Assembly: GCF_000143415.4 (NCBI RefSeq)
Contig: NW_003314301.1
Span: 406,259-470,258 of the forward strand
Reading direction: 5' to 3'
From: Selaginella moellendorffii
Lineage: Eukaryota; Plantae; Lycopodiophyta
Length of the DNA: 64,000 bases
Numbering within the stretch: position 1 is the stretch's first letter; every line of letters starts with the position of its first letter. Below the pieces are notes generated by a model. The model saw nothing but the letters and a program-made list of their open reading frames with translations, searched no databases and was not told the origin of the DNA. The position numbers were made by a program, and so were the translations under genes. This document shows positions 25,454 to 38,864 of the stretch, piece after piece.

Positions 25454-26218
25454 TCTTTCTTCTAGCTCTTGGATTTCCCCCTCAAGACACCATAATCCGC
25501 TGCCCTGTGCATCCTAGAATCCCTCTAGCTCCTCCTACCTCGCATTCTTGGCCGATGATCCAGCGCTGGAATCGTGGCAAGCTCGCGCATTCCAGGAGAG
25601 GGAGAAGCAATCAATCGATACGCACCTCCACTGTAGCAACCCTAAAACAACGAAGAACGATCGCGATTCGCGATTGCGTCGCCGGCTTGTCACTGCCAAT
25701 ACTGCCGCGCCGATCCAGGAACCCTAGGCGGCGACCTGCGCGCGCCAGGAGAATCTCTTGCGCGCCCTCGCGTTGCTCGCGAGTGATTCTCTCCCTCGTT
25801 TTTTTCCAGCAAAGAAAGAAGCTAAAATGGTAAGAAAATCCTCTTTTCACCTGATTAGTAAAACCGTTTGCCACTTAGCGGGGTGAATATGCCGCGGAAC
25901 ATGCTCTCAATTATGCCGCTTGCCAGCGTGGCCGATAGCGACTTAAGATTAATCAATATGATTGGATGGTTTGGAAGAAATTTTTCTCCTACGTTTTGTA
26001 TGCGTTGGTTGATACTATCGACCTGGGCCTACTTTCTAAGGTTGAAAGAATCTAGGATTCAAATAATAAGAATATCTGATCATCAAAGGTTCCATATAAA
26101 ATATCTACTGGTAGTATACAAGTTTTATAATAATATTATAATGTAAAGGTTAACTAAAAGATAACACAAATTGGCCTTTAAGCCCTTGAAGAGAGAATTA
26201 GGGCTTTAGGTTTCTAGC

Positions 26219-26615
26219 ATGGCGGGAGGCGATGGCTCAGGTCAGTGTGATGGGATCCATGTCCTTTTCCTGGCGGCGCATTCCTAGCTATTGCAATCTT
26301 CGCAGTGGACAGGCGCCTCACGGATTTGGAGAAGACGCAATTGCGGCGCAACAAGTTCGCGCTCAAGATTGGGTTTGGCCTCTTTTTCGCTGTAAATATC
26401 GTCTTGATTGGTAAGTATTTGCATTTCTAGGGGTTGTTCTTTCGAATTTTATATTTTTTGGAGCAGGGCATGCTTTAGTGACTGATCCAAAGTCTGTTTA
26501 TTCGCCGGATCATCACACCAATCTCCGGAAACAGAGATTGGCCGCTAGAGAAGCCGAGAAAAATCTTCAAGACTCGCAAAAACCTCTCGGAGACTCGCCA
26601 CAAGCCGCAAGTTAG
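26219..26615 (+). CDS. Putative 91-aa single-pass membrane microprotein (exons 26219-26240, 26306-26410, 26467-26615)
   Basis: Two GT-AG introns (65 and 56 nt) give an open 276-nt CDS: MAGGDGSVDRRLTDLEKTQLRRNKFALKIGFGLFFAVNIVLIGHAL...PQAAS*. A telo-box-like TAGGGCTTTAGGTTT lies just upstream. Confidence 0.65.
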
Positions 26616-29600
26616 AATTCTTTGCGAGGTACGTATGACTTCTCCTCTCCAGTTTTACTTTTTCCCTGGTTTTGTTCTTGATGCCATATTCAGGACTGCG
26701 AACTCGACGTGAAAATCACTCTTTACATTTTGTCTCAGAGCTTTGGAATACTTTTTTCGTTTTCTCAATGGAGGGATTGCGGGCTTGCTTGAAACTTCCT
26801 CTCTGGATTGGAACTTGTAAGATACACCAGGACCTTTCTCGATCAAAAGTTGCGACATGGGGGCTACCTTCTTTTTCTAAAAGAAAAATGGATGGACCCA
26901 AGCCTGATGATCCAATCCTCCTAACGTTTTTCACATATCCAAGTAACCATTGCGAGCTAGCACTTTTAAGAATTGTTCAGAGTTTTCAATTGTGTCACAA
27001 AAAAGGATGTACTGGCAGGAGTTTTTTGTTTGAAGTGTTATACAAGGAATTCAACCATTTTTGTCCCAAAACTTTTGGAGATTTTTTCTTTCTTTAGATC
27101 TTCGCCATATCCAAAATAATTTTAAAAGGAAAAGATTATACGCACCAACAGAGGACACAATGTATTGCAACAATGGGCTCTACAATTTTTTTTTTTTCTT
27201 CTCCCTCAAAGAAGTATCATGGCCTTTTCGTGGTAAAGAGCGGCGAAACCATCAAAACGATTCTAAACTTGTTGTGCAAAATTTGATATCGTCATGAAAT
27301 GAGGTCACAAAAAACAATTCGTTTTCTAGCCTGATGTCTGCAGAGTAACACTTTTAAAGATTTTCTTACATGCATTCTTTTGATCGATCGTGCCAGATGC
27401 AAAAGTTTAACAAAAACTCAGGAACGAATATTCTTGACCAAACCAGCGAGCATTTTTCAAACGTGGAAACCTTGCCTTTTCCATGAGGAAACCCTAATTT
27501 CAAGGTGTTCACTGCCAAAACGGGAAAGAAAGATTGGTTTTTTCACACAGAGCTCCAGAACAGGTACACATATGTCACCATCCTGTCTGTGTGTTTGTTT
27601 GTGCTTGTTTGACTGAGCTCTTTTTGACCAAGTCTCTCTAAATTTCTTTCCAGTAATTCTTTTATTTTCAAAATTGAAAATAAAAATTTCTGCTTCAGCT
27701 GCTCTGCACAATGCAAATGCAGGTCTGCCACAGACCCCTGGCTGCAGTCTGAGGAAAAATCACCTCCTCCTCCCATCCATCCATCCATCCTCTCACTTTC
27801 ATACTAATCTCTTGTTAATTTCCATGCCTAGTGGAAAGCAAGTGCCCCTCCCTCCCTCCTTTTTTTTTGTTCCTAGGCCCAGCACAGACAAACAGATGGC
27901 AGCAAGAAGGATTCAGGAAAAACAGCAGCTTTCCTATCTATGCATTTTTAAAATGTTTTTTTTTGAGGGGTGTTTTTGTTTTGATGCGGTCCAGTGCAAT
28001 GGATCATGGGCTGCTAACACCTCTCCTCAGATGAGTCAATCAAGCATTGGCAGCTGTAACATCAATCCAATCTCATCAGGAAGGATTGCAACTGGGTGTC
28101 AATTTAAAAAAGAAAGGCTGGTTTGCATCCTGTCCCTTGATTTGGCCCACATCCGACGGCGGTTCCAAAGATTCCTGTTTCTCGAATTCGTGGCCTTGGT
28201 TTCAACTTGAACGTCAAAACAAAGCCAGCCAGCCAAGGAGAAAAGGTCCCACGTTTCCAGATTCTCCTGCTGCTCGATGCATGGACGGGGCATATTCCCA
28301 GTTCCAATAGATGAAATCATTATAACTGGAGAGGCACCTCCCCAATTATGAAGTCAGCTATAGCTTGCTAGAGTCGTCTGGAAAGCAAAGAGAGAAAAGA
28401 GAAGAAGAAACGTACATACAAATCGTTTGATGATTGACATTATGTGTGCGGTTCCTTCTGGAAGCCTGAGGTTTAAGCCTGGCAATTACTCTGTCTTAAG
28501 AAAGAGATCAGGAGATCAGGAGCTCACCAGATGAATCATTCCATTTGCAGCTAATTTGGAAAAGGAAATCACCCACCTAAACTTAGCGTTCACCCCCAAG
28601 TTGTTCTTCCAGATAAGTTTGTCTGTATTGTTTGCTCCTGTTGGCTGACAGAGACCTCATATTTGGAGACCCAAAGAGACCTGAGAGCTGTTGTAGCAAA
28701 AGAAAAAAGAGACCAGCAGGGATTAAAATACAGCAGGCAAGCAAGGCAAGCAAATCACACCTCCAAGAAAAACAAAAATCTTTGATAACCAGCAAACACA
28801 TCACATGGGCTGTTTTTAATCCCTCCTGGCAAGAAACACCAACAAAGAGGTATAGAAGATACATACCTCTCATTGGAGAGATCTTGGAGCAGCAGCAGCA
28901 GCAGCAGTAAGCATGAGCCCAGTGGTAAGTTTTTCTCCAGCAAGGAAGTAAGACTTTGGTCACTTTGGCCATGTGTTTGCTGGCTGGCTGGCTGGATCAT
29001 GTCATGTCATTACACTCTGGCAGCAGAGAAATTCCCTCCCTGTTCACAATCATAGACTCTTTTGATCCATCTCTTGTTTGTTTACAGCACCTCTTGTTCA
29101 AGGACTGAGAAAGAGAGGGACGAGCATTAGATTAGATTAATTAGCGGCATATAAAACGATAAACGAGTGAATAAAACAATGGAAGCAGACATACCGAGAA
29201 ATACCTCTGTATAGTGTGTGCGCGCGCGCATATCGCTATGCGGTGTGTGTGCCACGATGATCCAGCCAACTTGTTGCTACACCAAAGTCAAATTGCTCTC
29301 TGTGCACGACGGCATCATCACGCGGGGACGCGGTAAAAGATGGTGGGCTGCACTGTCTGCTGGCTGTTCAAACCAAAGGCAAGACTCAAATTGATGAGCA
29401 CGGAAAAACTTACGGCCGGGCCGAAAGTCGCTCGAGCCATCTAGTCGGTCGATGATCTTCCAGCCATCTAGTCGGTCGATGATCATCTTTGCGTTGGACC
29501 AGAGGTGGTAGGCAAGCAACAGTGGTGATCACCAGGAACGAACGCTCTCCTGGAAAGAAGAGAAAGAAAAGCAAGGATTCTTAGAGTTTGATTAAGTCTT

Positions 29601-30774
29601 GAGAGACTAAACTTACGTGCTTGTCGCTCTGGCGATGTCGGCCCATATGTCGCTATTCATGAACAGGAACAGTGCTGCTGCTGCTGCGGTGCTGAGCTAG
29701 TGCTGCGAACTTGAACGATTCCTTCCTTCTCGGCCAATATATCCCACAAATCTGGTCCTCTTTTCTTTTCTTCCGCTGGCTGCCTAGCGTTGAGCGCTCG
29801 GTCTCATGAACCAAAGGGACCCATCCGGAACACCACCTGCGCGACACGCTACCTCAAGCGGAGGACCCGGCGCTGGATTTCTTTGATTTTTCAATCCTGG
29901 AGGGCTCTTGAAAGCCAAAGCTTTTGTGGAGCGTCCTGTCTTGCTTTTCTTCTTTTGCTTCCGCTTTCGATAACTCGTTGTTCTTTCTCCGCTTCCCTCC
30001 TGTTGTTATGTAGTATATTTTTCGAGAGAGCTGCAGTCTCTCCATTTTTCTCCGCTCCAAATTTCTCGTTGATGTGTACGAAGCCCCTTCTTCTTCTATC
30101 ATTTTCTATTCATGGCTCGGGGCGGTCTCAGTCTCGTCTGAGTTAGTTTCGCTGCTTGGCTCGTCCGCTCGCCTCGCTCGATCGCGCTTGTTTTCTTTTC
30201 CTCTTTCCTTTTCTTTATGGTTTCTTTTTAGTACTCGCAACTTCTTCGCCCGTTGGTCGGACAGTCCTCTCCTCGTTTTGGCTTTTCTCCAAATTTCAAG
30301 TGCTTCTATTTCCGCTCCTCGCCGCATATAATATCACCCTCACATTCTTTCTGTCCGCCGCTCCATGCAAATTTCCTGAAACCCAACGAAAGCCCATCAG
30401 CGGAGTGAGCACTTCCAAAGCAAAGTAGCTATGCTATATAGTTCTCTCTAGGCAGCAGCCTCTCTCACATCACTCACAAGCGCAGAGCTAGAATTTCAGC
30501 GAAGTCTGTCTGTACCTTGGTGGAGCGGAAGCAGCACTTGGAGCAAAGCAGCTCGCTCTCGCTCTCGTTGGTGCCTTGGAAGTGTTAAAAAATCCGCCTT
30601 GTTTGAGCAGTAGCAAGAACCGAGGTAATAGGTGCTATGGAGTGACCGTCGTCCATGTGCGGCCTCGTGCAACACTGTTGCTGTTGAATCCTACACGTGC
30701 ACTCCCAGTTGTTCATCTTCCCGTTTGCTTGTGGAGCTATAGCCTGTGCTCATATCCCCAAATCATCACCTCCC

Positions 30775-30890
30775 TTTCCTTCTTCTTCTTCTTCTTCTTC
30801 CTCTCTCTCTCTCTCTCTCCATCTCCATCCTTGCAAATATCAATCAAGAGTCCTGGAAAAACAAATCGCTGAGAGAGAGAGAGAGAGCGT
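30775..30890. repeat. (CTT)n, (CT)n and (GA)n microsatellites upstream of AHL
   Basis: Directly visible simple repeats next to a TATAAAA at ~30894. Confidence 0.85.
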
Positions 30891-31580
30891 GAGTATAAAA
30901 ATGCGTGGCTTTTTTTTATGTACCACTCACATCAAATCACTGAGAGCTGAGCTGCCCGATCCTGCTGCTCCTGCTGCTGCTGGCTGGTTATAGACCTCGG
31001 TAGATGCCTCTCCACTTCAAGCTGTAGAAAAGGAAAGCCGGGTCTTCAAAGCTGTGCTTCTTGTACTTCATATATTCGGCTCTTGGTCGCGTTTTTAAGG
31101 AGAGAATCACAACAGGCCGCTGCTGCTGCTGCTACTGCCGCCGCTGCTGCTGCTCCTCCTCAAGCGTGTATCTCTAGCTCTTTCGTTGCTACCTCGTCTC
31201 CTCCTCTTCTCCCCACTCTCTCGCTGCTCTTTAAGTTTGAGAGGTAGAGCTACAGTTGAGCCTGATCTGAGTTGAGGCCGAGAGTTTTCTTCGATTTTCT
31301 GCTCCAACGTTGCAGCAGGTACTTGGTTTTGTTTCCGCAGGTCATGGGTCTCTCACGTAGGCCGGAGAATGCAGGGAATTCTCAGCTTTGATGGTCAGTT
31401 CAGTCCAGGGATAAATAACAGTCTCATAGTAGGAGGGTTGGAGATGAAAACGAAGAGGAAAAACTCGCTCTTTTGGCCAGTCCTAGAGCGCGACAGCAGC
31501 TCCCGCATTTTCTGGTAGCAAGAGAGCACACTGCAGCAAAGGCAAAGGGTTAGTACAAGCTAGAAGATAGATAGGAAAGC

Positions 31581-32654
31581 ATGGATCCAAGCAGGCTTGG
31601 TCGTTTACCTCCTCCATTCTCGTTCCAGCCAATGCAACCCCTCCAGGAGCACGACCACGGGCAGCAAGGTCCCTCCCTGCACAACTCGGAAGAGGATGAG
31701 TACAGCAACAGCAGCGGCCAGAACACCATGACTCCAAGCAACAAAGGGAATGGAAACAACAAAGGCATGAGGAAGGGAATGGGGAACAAAGCCATGGGAG
31801 AAGCCGGCGAAGTTGTCCGCAAGCCCCGAGGCCGACCACCCGGCTCCAAGAACAAGCCCAAGCCGCCGATAATCATCACCCGTGAAACAGGAACTGGCAT
31901 GCGTCCACACGTTCTCGAGATCGCCTCTGGTTGCGACGTCCACGAGTGCATTGCAACCTTCGCACGCCGCAGGCAGCGCTCCCTGTGCGTGCTCGGCGCC
32001 AGCGGTACAGTCTCCAACGTGACGCTGCGGCAGCCGACGGTACCACCCGGCGGTAACTCGGCCTCGGTCTTAACTCTCCACGGACGCTTTGATATCCTCT
32101 CCATGTCCGGCACCTTCATGCAGCCCACGGCACCGCAGCCTCTCATGCCAATGCCGCTGCCGCCAACTTCGTCACCGTCTCTTTTCGGCGGTGGTGGTGG
32201 CGGTGGTGGTGGCGGCGGAAGCAATGCTTCTAGTCCGTCCAGCATGCCAACTTGTCCGAGCTCCGGACTCACCATCTCCATGGCCGGAGCGCAGGGACAA
32301 GTCATTGGAGGACTAGTCGTAGGGGCTCTCATGTCCGTAAGTCCGATACTGGTGATAGCCGCCTCCTTTCTCGGACCTTGTGCAGAGCGCTTGCCTCTGG
32401 ACGAGCACGAGCAGGATCAGCACGGGATGCTGAACGGAAACAATGGAGGTGGACCGGGTCTTCCTCCACACCACTTGGCTTTAGCCGCTGGAGGGTCGGG
32501 AGGTGGTCCTTCGGCAGGAATGGGTCCTGGCAGCGTCCCCAATGATCCTTGCGCCATGTCTCTGTATAATCTTCCGCAGGTGTCGCTGGGAAACCAGATA
32601 ACTCCAGATATCCTGGCTTGGGCTGCTGCAGCTGGCGGAAGGCCCCCCTTCTGA
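31581..32654 (+). CDS. AHL: AT-hook motif nuclear-localized (AHL, clade A) protein with PPC/DUF296 domain
   Basis: RKPRGRPPGSKNKPKPP AT-hook; GTVSNVTLRQP, LHGRFDILSMSG, GAQGQVIGG; intronless CDS. Confidence 0.95.
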   Translation: MDPSRLGRLPPPFSFQPMQPLQEHDHGQQGPSLHNSEEDEYSNSSGQNTMTPSNKGNGNNKGMRKGMGNKAMGEAGEVVRKPRGRPPGSKNKPKPPIIITRETGTGMRPHVLEIASGCDVHECIATFARRRQRSLCVLGASGTVSNVTLRQPTVPPGGNSASVLTLHGRFDILSMSGTFMQPTAPQPLMPMPLPPTSSPSLFGGGGGGGGGGGSNASSPSSMPTCPSSGLTISMAGAQGQVIGGLVVGALMSVSPILVIAASFLGPCAERLPLDEHEQDQHGMLNGNNGGGPGLPPHHLALAAGGSGGGPSAGMGPGSVPNDPCAMSLYNLPQVSLGNQITPDILAWAAAAGGRPPF

Positions 32655-34276
32655 TCATTCATCGTCTCTTCTTTCGCTTCATAATCTTCTCTAAAATTCG
32701 TTCGTGCTGCTGCTGCTGTTGTTGCTGCTGCTGCTGCTTCCTGCTGCTTTCTCCGAGAGTTTCTTCACTGGGAGCTAAAGATCACTAGCTCTCAAAACCA
32801 GATTTTTTCGTCTTGTTCCATCTTTTCGGACACCTGCACCTGCAACAGCGAACGATTTTGTCAGAGGCTCTGGAATTTTCACGAAACTGGCACGTACCTC
32901 CTGATTCGGCGTTCCTCACATTCATGCGGTACGCTGAGCTTTTTTTAATCTCTTTCACTTCCTCTCTTCAAAGGCCTGCTGCTAGAAATTCGGCTGCTGA
33001 AGGAAGCTGTACAAGCTCGATTTGAGTTTCCAGCAGCTCGTATGCTGACTTCACTGCGCGTACGTGTCTACAATTTGATCCCGAAGATTCAAGTTTCTGC
33101 AAGCCCGGAGCGAGGCTCACTCTAGCTAGGCCGTGGACTTGCTCGAGACGACAAATCTCCGCTCCATTGGACAAGAAAGGAGCTGCTCGGAATGCTTGTA
33201 TAGATTGCTGAGATAATTGCTCCTTCCTTTTCCCGCGTATCACTCCTCGCTGTAGAAAGCAAAAAAGAAAAAAAAAAAACACAAAGAGAGCAAAATATCT
33301 GGTTAATTGTCATCTGGCCATGAAAAGAAAAGAAATCAACTTTCCCCGCGCATTACTCCTCCGTCCAGCAGCAAAAGATGAAAACTTTTACGTGAGATTA
33401 GATCTTGCATGCAATCTTATAAAGAGAGATCCGGAGCAGCATTGCAAAAATGGACTCGAGATTCTCTTTTCGCTCAGAAAATGGCTTGTCCATACCAGCC
33501 CGTTCGGCGAAAGAATTCGACCAACATTGGCCATCGCTGCCGAGACGTGGACAAGACAGAGTGATGGCTCTATTTCTCATCGTTGCGTCTTGGCACACAC
33601 GTTCTCCCTGCCACAAAATGCTTGGCTTGTCTTGAGCTGGACAGCAAAATCTTCTTCCTTTTCCCAGTCAAGCCCCCATTACTACAAAGTTACTCGGCCT
33701 TACCACGATTCGTTTTTGCAACTGCAGAACCCCCCCACGCCGTGTTGGATCATTCATTTCCCACTGTCTCTTTCCCTGGACATTTTGATTCTGTGTTCTC
33801 CTCCTTAACTCCTGATTGTAACTTCCTTGTGTGAAAAAGACCCGCTCTGTGCTGCTGCTGTTCTCTGGTGTGTTGGCTTTTCTTCCCATCTTCCCCTGTT
33901 AAGGACTCGAGAACGGAGGCTGCCTGCCTGCCTGCCTGCCTTCACTCATGCCGGCCTGGAATTGCCACTTTGCATGCAGCCTTGGATACTTTGCTAGTAA
34001 CGCTCCAGAGGATGTTCTAGAAGTGCACTTAAGCCCACAGAATAGACCGCTTAAACTGGCTTTGCTCCCTCCCTGTAAGGAAACACAAAGCCTTTTGGTT
34101 AATGGGATTCCACATCAAAAGAACGGAAGACAACTTGCCTCTTGCGCAGAGCGGACGGAAAGTAAAAAGGAGAGAACTTTACATCGAGTGCCAGGCCTCC
34201 CACCAAATATTTGACTGCCGAGTTTGGACCTACATTGACAAAAATGTATCTGCTTAGCTCCCACACACAGATCTAC

Positions 34277-37200
34277 CTATGGACACGATGTGTTGGTGGC
34301 TTCCTCTCGCAGGGCATCCTCGGCTTTTATTACCCCCTGCAGGAAAGCGTACATCAGTGGTGAAATTAATATAATCGACAAAATCTCAGCCCCTCACCTG
34401 AAGAATAAGGATGGCTGCCGTCTTATCTAGGACTTCATTATATTCGTCACATGAAAAGTACTGAAAATCCAGAGCTTTAGCAGCAAAACAAACAGTGTCG
34501 CTACTATTACGCACCTGAACGCAGTTTGGGCAACCAGTGTTCCCAGTACAGTCACAAGACATCACTTGTTCCAATGCCGCCTGGAGTAACTCCGCAAAAA
34601 GTGGCTGCGCCTGTAATACAAATGCAGGTTAGAAGGAGGCGCTTGAACTGCTAAAGATTTTTCACCTGAGCAGAAATCCCGATGCCACCCGGACAACGAT
34701 CGAAGACAAGCAACCTTACCGGATAATAACGTTTATCTTGGGGGTGAGCACAGTCTGTACCGACGTCTGACGGGTTGCACATGATATATCTGCAAGAGAA
34801 AGTTGATTTTCAAGCCTCTGAATCAGGAAAACTTACAGCGGAAGGACGTTTAAGAGTGCATGACAGGCTGAGTGAAGGCCAGCTCGCAAATCAAGACATT
34901 TGGCCTCAACAGCTTCCTTGACTTCATTGGGAACACGAATCCAAGCCGCCTATAATGCAGACTCAAGTCGGAAGTCCTTCCACGCTCAAGTTAAAATTTC
35001 ACCTGAGAATCGTACGAAACGTCTGGAAGGTGAAGATCAACTGAATCGAAAGTTTCATTCGAAACTTCCCAGATCTTTCGAAATCCAATCCAGGACGTCG
35101 TTATTTGGCACCTGTTCACTTGTGCACTCGTGAGCCGGTATTTGACATCTGAGGCTCTTTTTGGATAAGTCTGTTCATCTTCGTTCGTTAGCTTTCAGAA
35201 GGGATTCGCGAAGCTAAGCTTACCAGTTCACTGCCGACGACGTGCACGTCGGTGTAGTCTCGAGTTTTAGTATAGTACTTCACGTCTGTTGGACGGCAGA
35301 AAGCCAACCTTTCCGTCAGGTTTAACCTGTTTACCAAAAACTTTTTTCCCTGATTTATATATACAGCACCTTCGTAAATCTGCAAAGATTATCCTCGTAA
35401 AGCTTTAGCATGACGATATCAGCTTTGAAACCTGAAAGAACGCTCTATTTGCTTCCACTTCTTCAATAACCTTGCTAGTAACCTCATCGACAATAGAATA
35501 CTTGTCTGGATCGATCGCTCTGATGCTGAAGGTAGCCGAGGGTAGCTTCTGAAATGACAACACAAATGAGAGTTTCCCATATGTAAAAATACGTACAGCT
35601 TCTCCAATATAAGTCCAGGAATTGACGATTGAGCAACTCGGATGACGGGCAACGCATCCCCTTCCGACAAGCTCCGATATTGCTCCATCCAAGCTGGTAC
35701 TGAAATAATCTTCATCGTAGACACTATGCAGATGATGTTCAAATGCTGCGCACGTCAGATGCTGTCCCAGGACCTGCACCGAGAAAACATTTTCTGAAAA
35801 TGTGTCACTGTCATCTTTTATACCTGTGGATTGTGAGAATCAATCTGCGCGTTTTCAATGGGCCTCGAAAATAGTCTCAAAGGTTCTTTAAAGAAATGCT
35901 GGTCTAAAGGCCCTTCAAATGCCACGTAAATTGATAAGGACGTCTTCTCCCTTCGGCCAGCTCGTCCTGCTTGTTGCCACAAGCTGCAAACACGATCAGG
36001 CCATAGTCACGCTTTTAAACAGTCTCACCTTGCCACTGTACCAGGAAAGCCAAGATGCAGCGTGGCATCCAGGCTTCCAACGTCAATGCCAAGCTCCAAA
36101 GCGCTTGTTGCGGCCACACCACGGAGCTTTCCTCCAAACAGATCCTTTTCGATGCGTCGCCGTTCCTGTCGAAAAGAACCTTATGAGATATTTGAATAAC
36201 GTTGTCACGACCTCTGGAGTGTAGCCCGCGCGATACGCTTGAATAGTGTGGACTAAATCAGGCGCAGTTTCTTTTAAAACCCCATGACTGCAAAACTGAT
36301 GTCAACCATAATACTCAAGAGCAAAGGATAATTTACGTGTATGCCAAAACAAGCTCGCAAAGTTTACGAGTCTTGCAAAATGTTATGCACCGTAGTCCAT
36401 GTTGCACCATTTCGGCAAAGAGATACGCAACCTCTAGAATTGGGCTGCAAAAGGGGCAAATGCGTAAACCTTTCAAAATGTCAAGAGCTTGCACCTGAAC
36501 CGCTTGGTTGGCTTGTCGTCTCCAGGATCCTTGATCCCCCGGACTGGAGGATTCCAAAGTAGGAACAGCTTTTCACCGCATGGGCTTCCATCCTCAGCAA
36601 TGGACGTGACCTCTCTCAGGCCTGTAAGCTCCTAGAACAAAATAAAAGAGATGAAAAAACGTTGTTAACTTAACCAACAAGGTACCATTGTGTGCTCCCT
36701 TGGGTTTGCTACTGTGGCGCTGCAGACGATAAAGGTCGGCACAGTACCGTATACTGCAAAACAATGCCGGTAAACGCCAACAAAAGTATACGCAATAAAA
36801 GAAAACGAACGATGAGCACATATGCGCCGTAACCGACGTATGATGAGAGCAACGTGACAACCAAAAGCTCCTCGATACGCATGAGCTTCATCAATCACTA
36901 GGTACCTGGACGATACACGTAGTTAGACAACAGACTAAAGCCATCCCGCTTACCGGAGGTTTGAAAGAAATCGTGCAAATTGTTTATGGAACGGCAAAAT
37001 CGAGCAGTGAAGCATGTCCGGATTAGTTATCAGCTGAAGTCAGGTGCAAAAGATTAAAGCATATATCAGAGAGAAACTTACGATTCTGGCCTTCTCTCGT
37101 AAAGTTTGCCTTTCAGCCTGATTCGTATCGCCGTCATACACTCCCGCCGTTATATCATTTGAGAAAGCTAGCAAAGCCCGTAATTGATCTTGGGCTAAGG

Positions 37201-38814
37201 CCTGGAAAAGGATAATTCTTGAGCTAGATAAAAGAACACCGTGGACTTGCCTTGGTTGGAAACAAATACAAAGCACATGTTTCAGTGCTGCGTAACATAG
37301 ACTCCAAAACAGGAACGTTGTAACACAAGGACTTCCCGCTTGCGGTAGAGGTGGAAACTACAATGCTTTTGGACATCAAAGCGGCATCCACTGCCAATGC
37401 CTGCAAAAAGGACGAATAAGAAGAAACGGACATTGTTTAGAAACTTCTTTTGGTTTGTCCACCTGGTGTGTATAAAGTCTAGCAACACCAATGTTCTTCA
37501 AAGCAGTTTTTGTAGCATTTGAGAGCTCACCTTGGAGCATACCAAATTCAGCATCTCGGCATTTCAATCTTTCGCAATGAATTATCTGTAACACTTTCCG
37601 CGTAAGATACATTGAAGTGAAAAACAAACTGACCTGGCCAGATGTTCCTAGCACTTCCTTCAAATGCTCTACCATTTCAGAAGCTGATAGTGTCTTGACA
37701 TCCTGCTGAATCAAACTCAGATAGAAAACAGAAAATGCTCTCGAACAGACCTTGCAATGCTCTTGTCGTCGATTACTTGAAGAACCTGAATTTGCACGCC
37801 GTGGGACTGTGCGTGCATATAGAAGCGGACCTGTTCTTAAAACTCCACCGGGAACACGAAGCTCCTTTGCATATGAACGCATTTGCTCCAATGTAACATC
37901 AGACTCGACGCCAGTGTTTGCCTGCATTGCAAGTAAATTCACATCGTCAGGAGAAGACACCCATACCCGTATGTTTGAAATCATATCGTTCACAGCGTAA
38001 TCGAAGGCTGCTTTTCTTCTCTGAATCAGCTGCGTCAAAGCACTGTCCGACATATTTCGTTTACCATGACAGGACTTTGGAAAAATTTCCATGGTAATAG
38101 ACACGTCCTGAGATTCGTCTCCTGTCATAGATTTGACCACTATCACCTGCACGAATGAAGACAAAGAATGAGTGAAGTAACGATTTGCCGATCACTTCAC
38201 CTTAGGACAAATAAAAGCAAGATCTTTGATGTCCGCAAGAGTCACAACTTCGTCAATGTTTGTGCATGAATGCTGCAAAGCACTCTTGACAGATGCCCAC
38301 GTAAGTTCGATCCGGTTCTTCTCCAGAAATCCACACACAGAATTTAGAGCGTTGAAAACTCTCTCCATCCTTTGGAGTGATGGAGGATACTCGGAAGAAC
38401 TCTCTCCTGAATTCCTAGACTGTTTCCTTCGCTTGCTCGAGTCGGGAGGAACCGCAACACTGGCGCTGGAACTTACATTCTCCACTGGAGCATCGGACGA
38501 AATTTTCCTTCGGGCGTGAGGCACACAGGCGATGAAATCTTCGTCTTGCAGCAACAGCGATGAGATCGGCGTGCTAGGGCTGAGATTCACTCCCTGCAAG
38601 CGCAATCCCTCGAAATTCATTCACACCCTGGAAATTTCTCGCTTACCTTGTGGATCAAATGGAATCGCTGCGCTGCGGCTCCATCGTCTAGCATTGGCCA
38701 CTTCCTCGCGCTGAGAAGATCCCTGAGCTCCTGGATCGTCTTCGCAGCAGCTAGAGCGACGAGAATGCTCTGCCCGTCGAGCGTTTTGATGCGCACCAGT
38801 GCATCGTCGTCCAT
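34277..38814 (-). CDS. HRQ1: HRQ1/RecQ4-like DEAH helicase with N-terminal ubiquitin-like domain and C-terminal DUF1998 zinc motif (many exons)
   Basis: [62 protein letters not shown] and CDC...GCPNC. Last exon GVIKAED...SCP* ends at 34277. Confidence 0.9.
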
Positions 38815-38864
38815 AGCTAGGGCTTTCGTTAGAACCCTAGCATTTTCCCGCGCAGAACTTAGGG

